Part shown: in pieces, positions 63,452-64,000 of the stretch
Position numbering within the stretch: position 1 is the first letter of the stretch
Layout: every line of letters starts with the position of its first letter
IMG/VR virus record: IMGVR_UViG_3300035670_000149
Coordinates: 1 to 64,000 of that record
Length of the DNA stretch: 64,000 nucleotides
Direction: 5' to 3' (one strand)
From: a virus
Made by a program: the position numbers and the translations under genes
Notes under the pieces: model-generated
What the model was told of the DNA's origin: nothing
The model's database searches: none
Seen by the model: only the letters and a program-made list of their open reading frames with translations

Positions 63452-63559
63452 TCACCAAATACCAGGAATGATCTGTCCTGTAACAGCATAGCTTCCCATC
63501 GCAGCAATAATACCAATCATCGCTGCCCAACCATTAATACGTTCTGCTCTTTCGTTCAT
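63452..63559 (-). CDS. hli: High-light inducible protein
   Basis: AERINGWAAMIG..TGQIIPGIW. Confidence 0.93.
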   Translation of the reverse strand: MNERAERINGWAAMIGIIAAMGSYAVTGQIIPGIW

Positions 63560-63717
63560 TGTTTTGTCCTCTTAGTAGTGTTTTGAATTACAATAAATTT
63601 ATCTTTTGGAAGAGTGCCTGCTACACAAATTTTAAGTTCATCATCATTAGACCAAGCACCACTTTCTAAAAGTTCTTGAAGGGCAAGACTTAGTTGCCCA
63701 AGCATATCAGCACTCAT
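63556..63717 (-). CDS. Hypothetical protein (53 aa)
   Basis: MSADMLGQL...TKQ, overlapping starts/stops. Confidence 0.55.
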   Translation of the reverse strand: MSADMLGQLSLALQELLESGAWSNDDELKICVAGTLPKDKFIVIQNTTKRTKQ

Positions 63718-63803
63718 CAATAAGTTTCAGCAAGTTTCTCTACAGCATAACCCAGAGTTACAAAAAAAGCAACTGTGGTTGCTATCCAAATAATTTCAGT
63801 CAT
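63717..63803 (-). CDS. Small membrane peptide (28 aa)
   Basis: MTEIIWIATTVAFFVTLGYAVEKLAETY, TGATG overlaps. Confidence 0.55.
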   Translation of the reverse strand: MTEIIWIATTVAFFVTLGYAVEKLAETY

Positions 63804-64000
63804 CAGAAGATACCGAAGAAGAGTTTGCCAGTGAAAGCATAAGAAATGAAACCAGCAACAATGCCGACCATAGCCCAGCGTCCATTAGCGGATTCAGCAC
63901 GTTCTGCATGAGTTTTCATCCCATATTTGATAGCGTCTTCATCTGAAATATAAACGGGCGGTTCAATTGCCCACATATTCTGTTGACCACGCTCATTAGT
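63803..64000 (-). CDS. hli: High-light inducible protein (5' end outside window)
   Basis: GQQNMWAIEP..AESANGRWAMVG..TGKLFFGIF. Confidence 0.9.
   Translation of the reverse strand, partial: TNERGQQNMWAIEPPVYISDEDAIKYGMKTHAERAESANGRWAMVGIVAGFISYAFTGKLFFGIF

Noticed and set aside
1-64000. Stop-codon reassignment
   Set aside because: Conserved genes are intact under the standard code, end in TAA, TGA and TAG, and no suppressor tRNA is present

Overview
64 kb segment of a T4-like cyanomyophage (Kyanoviridae-type) genome, almost entirely coded on the minus strand. In transcription order (right to left): hli genes and an intron-less psbA with a structured leader; glutaredoxin; a tandem glutamine-riboswitch-like RNA ahead of a DUF4278-like peptide; thyX, phoH, exonuclease, gp33, gp59 and gp32; a short plus-strand block (gp4, gp2-like, gp48, gp53); gp54-like, gp26/gp51, two tape-measure-like proteins with muralytic domains, a gp27-like hub, CP12 and gp5; three tRNAs (Thr-UGU, Leu-UAA, Ile-UAU); a Mom-like DNA-modifying enzyme; a ~29 kb fibre/virion region interleaved with seven of the window's nine 2OG-Fe(II) oxygenases, two paralogous glycosyltransferase-like genes and a KdsB/HAD/SIS sugar-activation cassette; and an early region of small ORFs with a putative nuclease-methyltransferase pair and a DGQH/ParB-like gene. 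Main candidates for new biology: (1) repeated late-transcribed modules pairing Gly-rich or Pro-Ala-rich fibre proteins with hydroxylases and CMP-sugar glycosylation enzymes, suggesting virion hydroxylation/glycosylation; (2) a probable -1 programmed frameshift fusing gp26 to gp51; (3) an NtcA-box/promoter/glutamine riboswitch/two-peptide nitrogen-sensing unit; (4) orphan antitoxin-like proteins. All family calls come from motif recognition by eye; no database searches were run.
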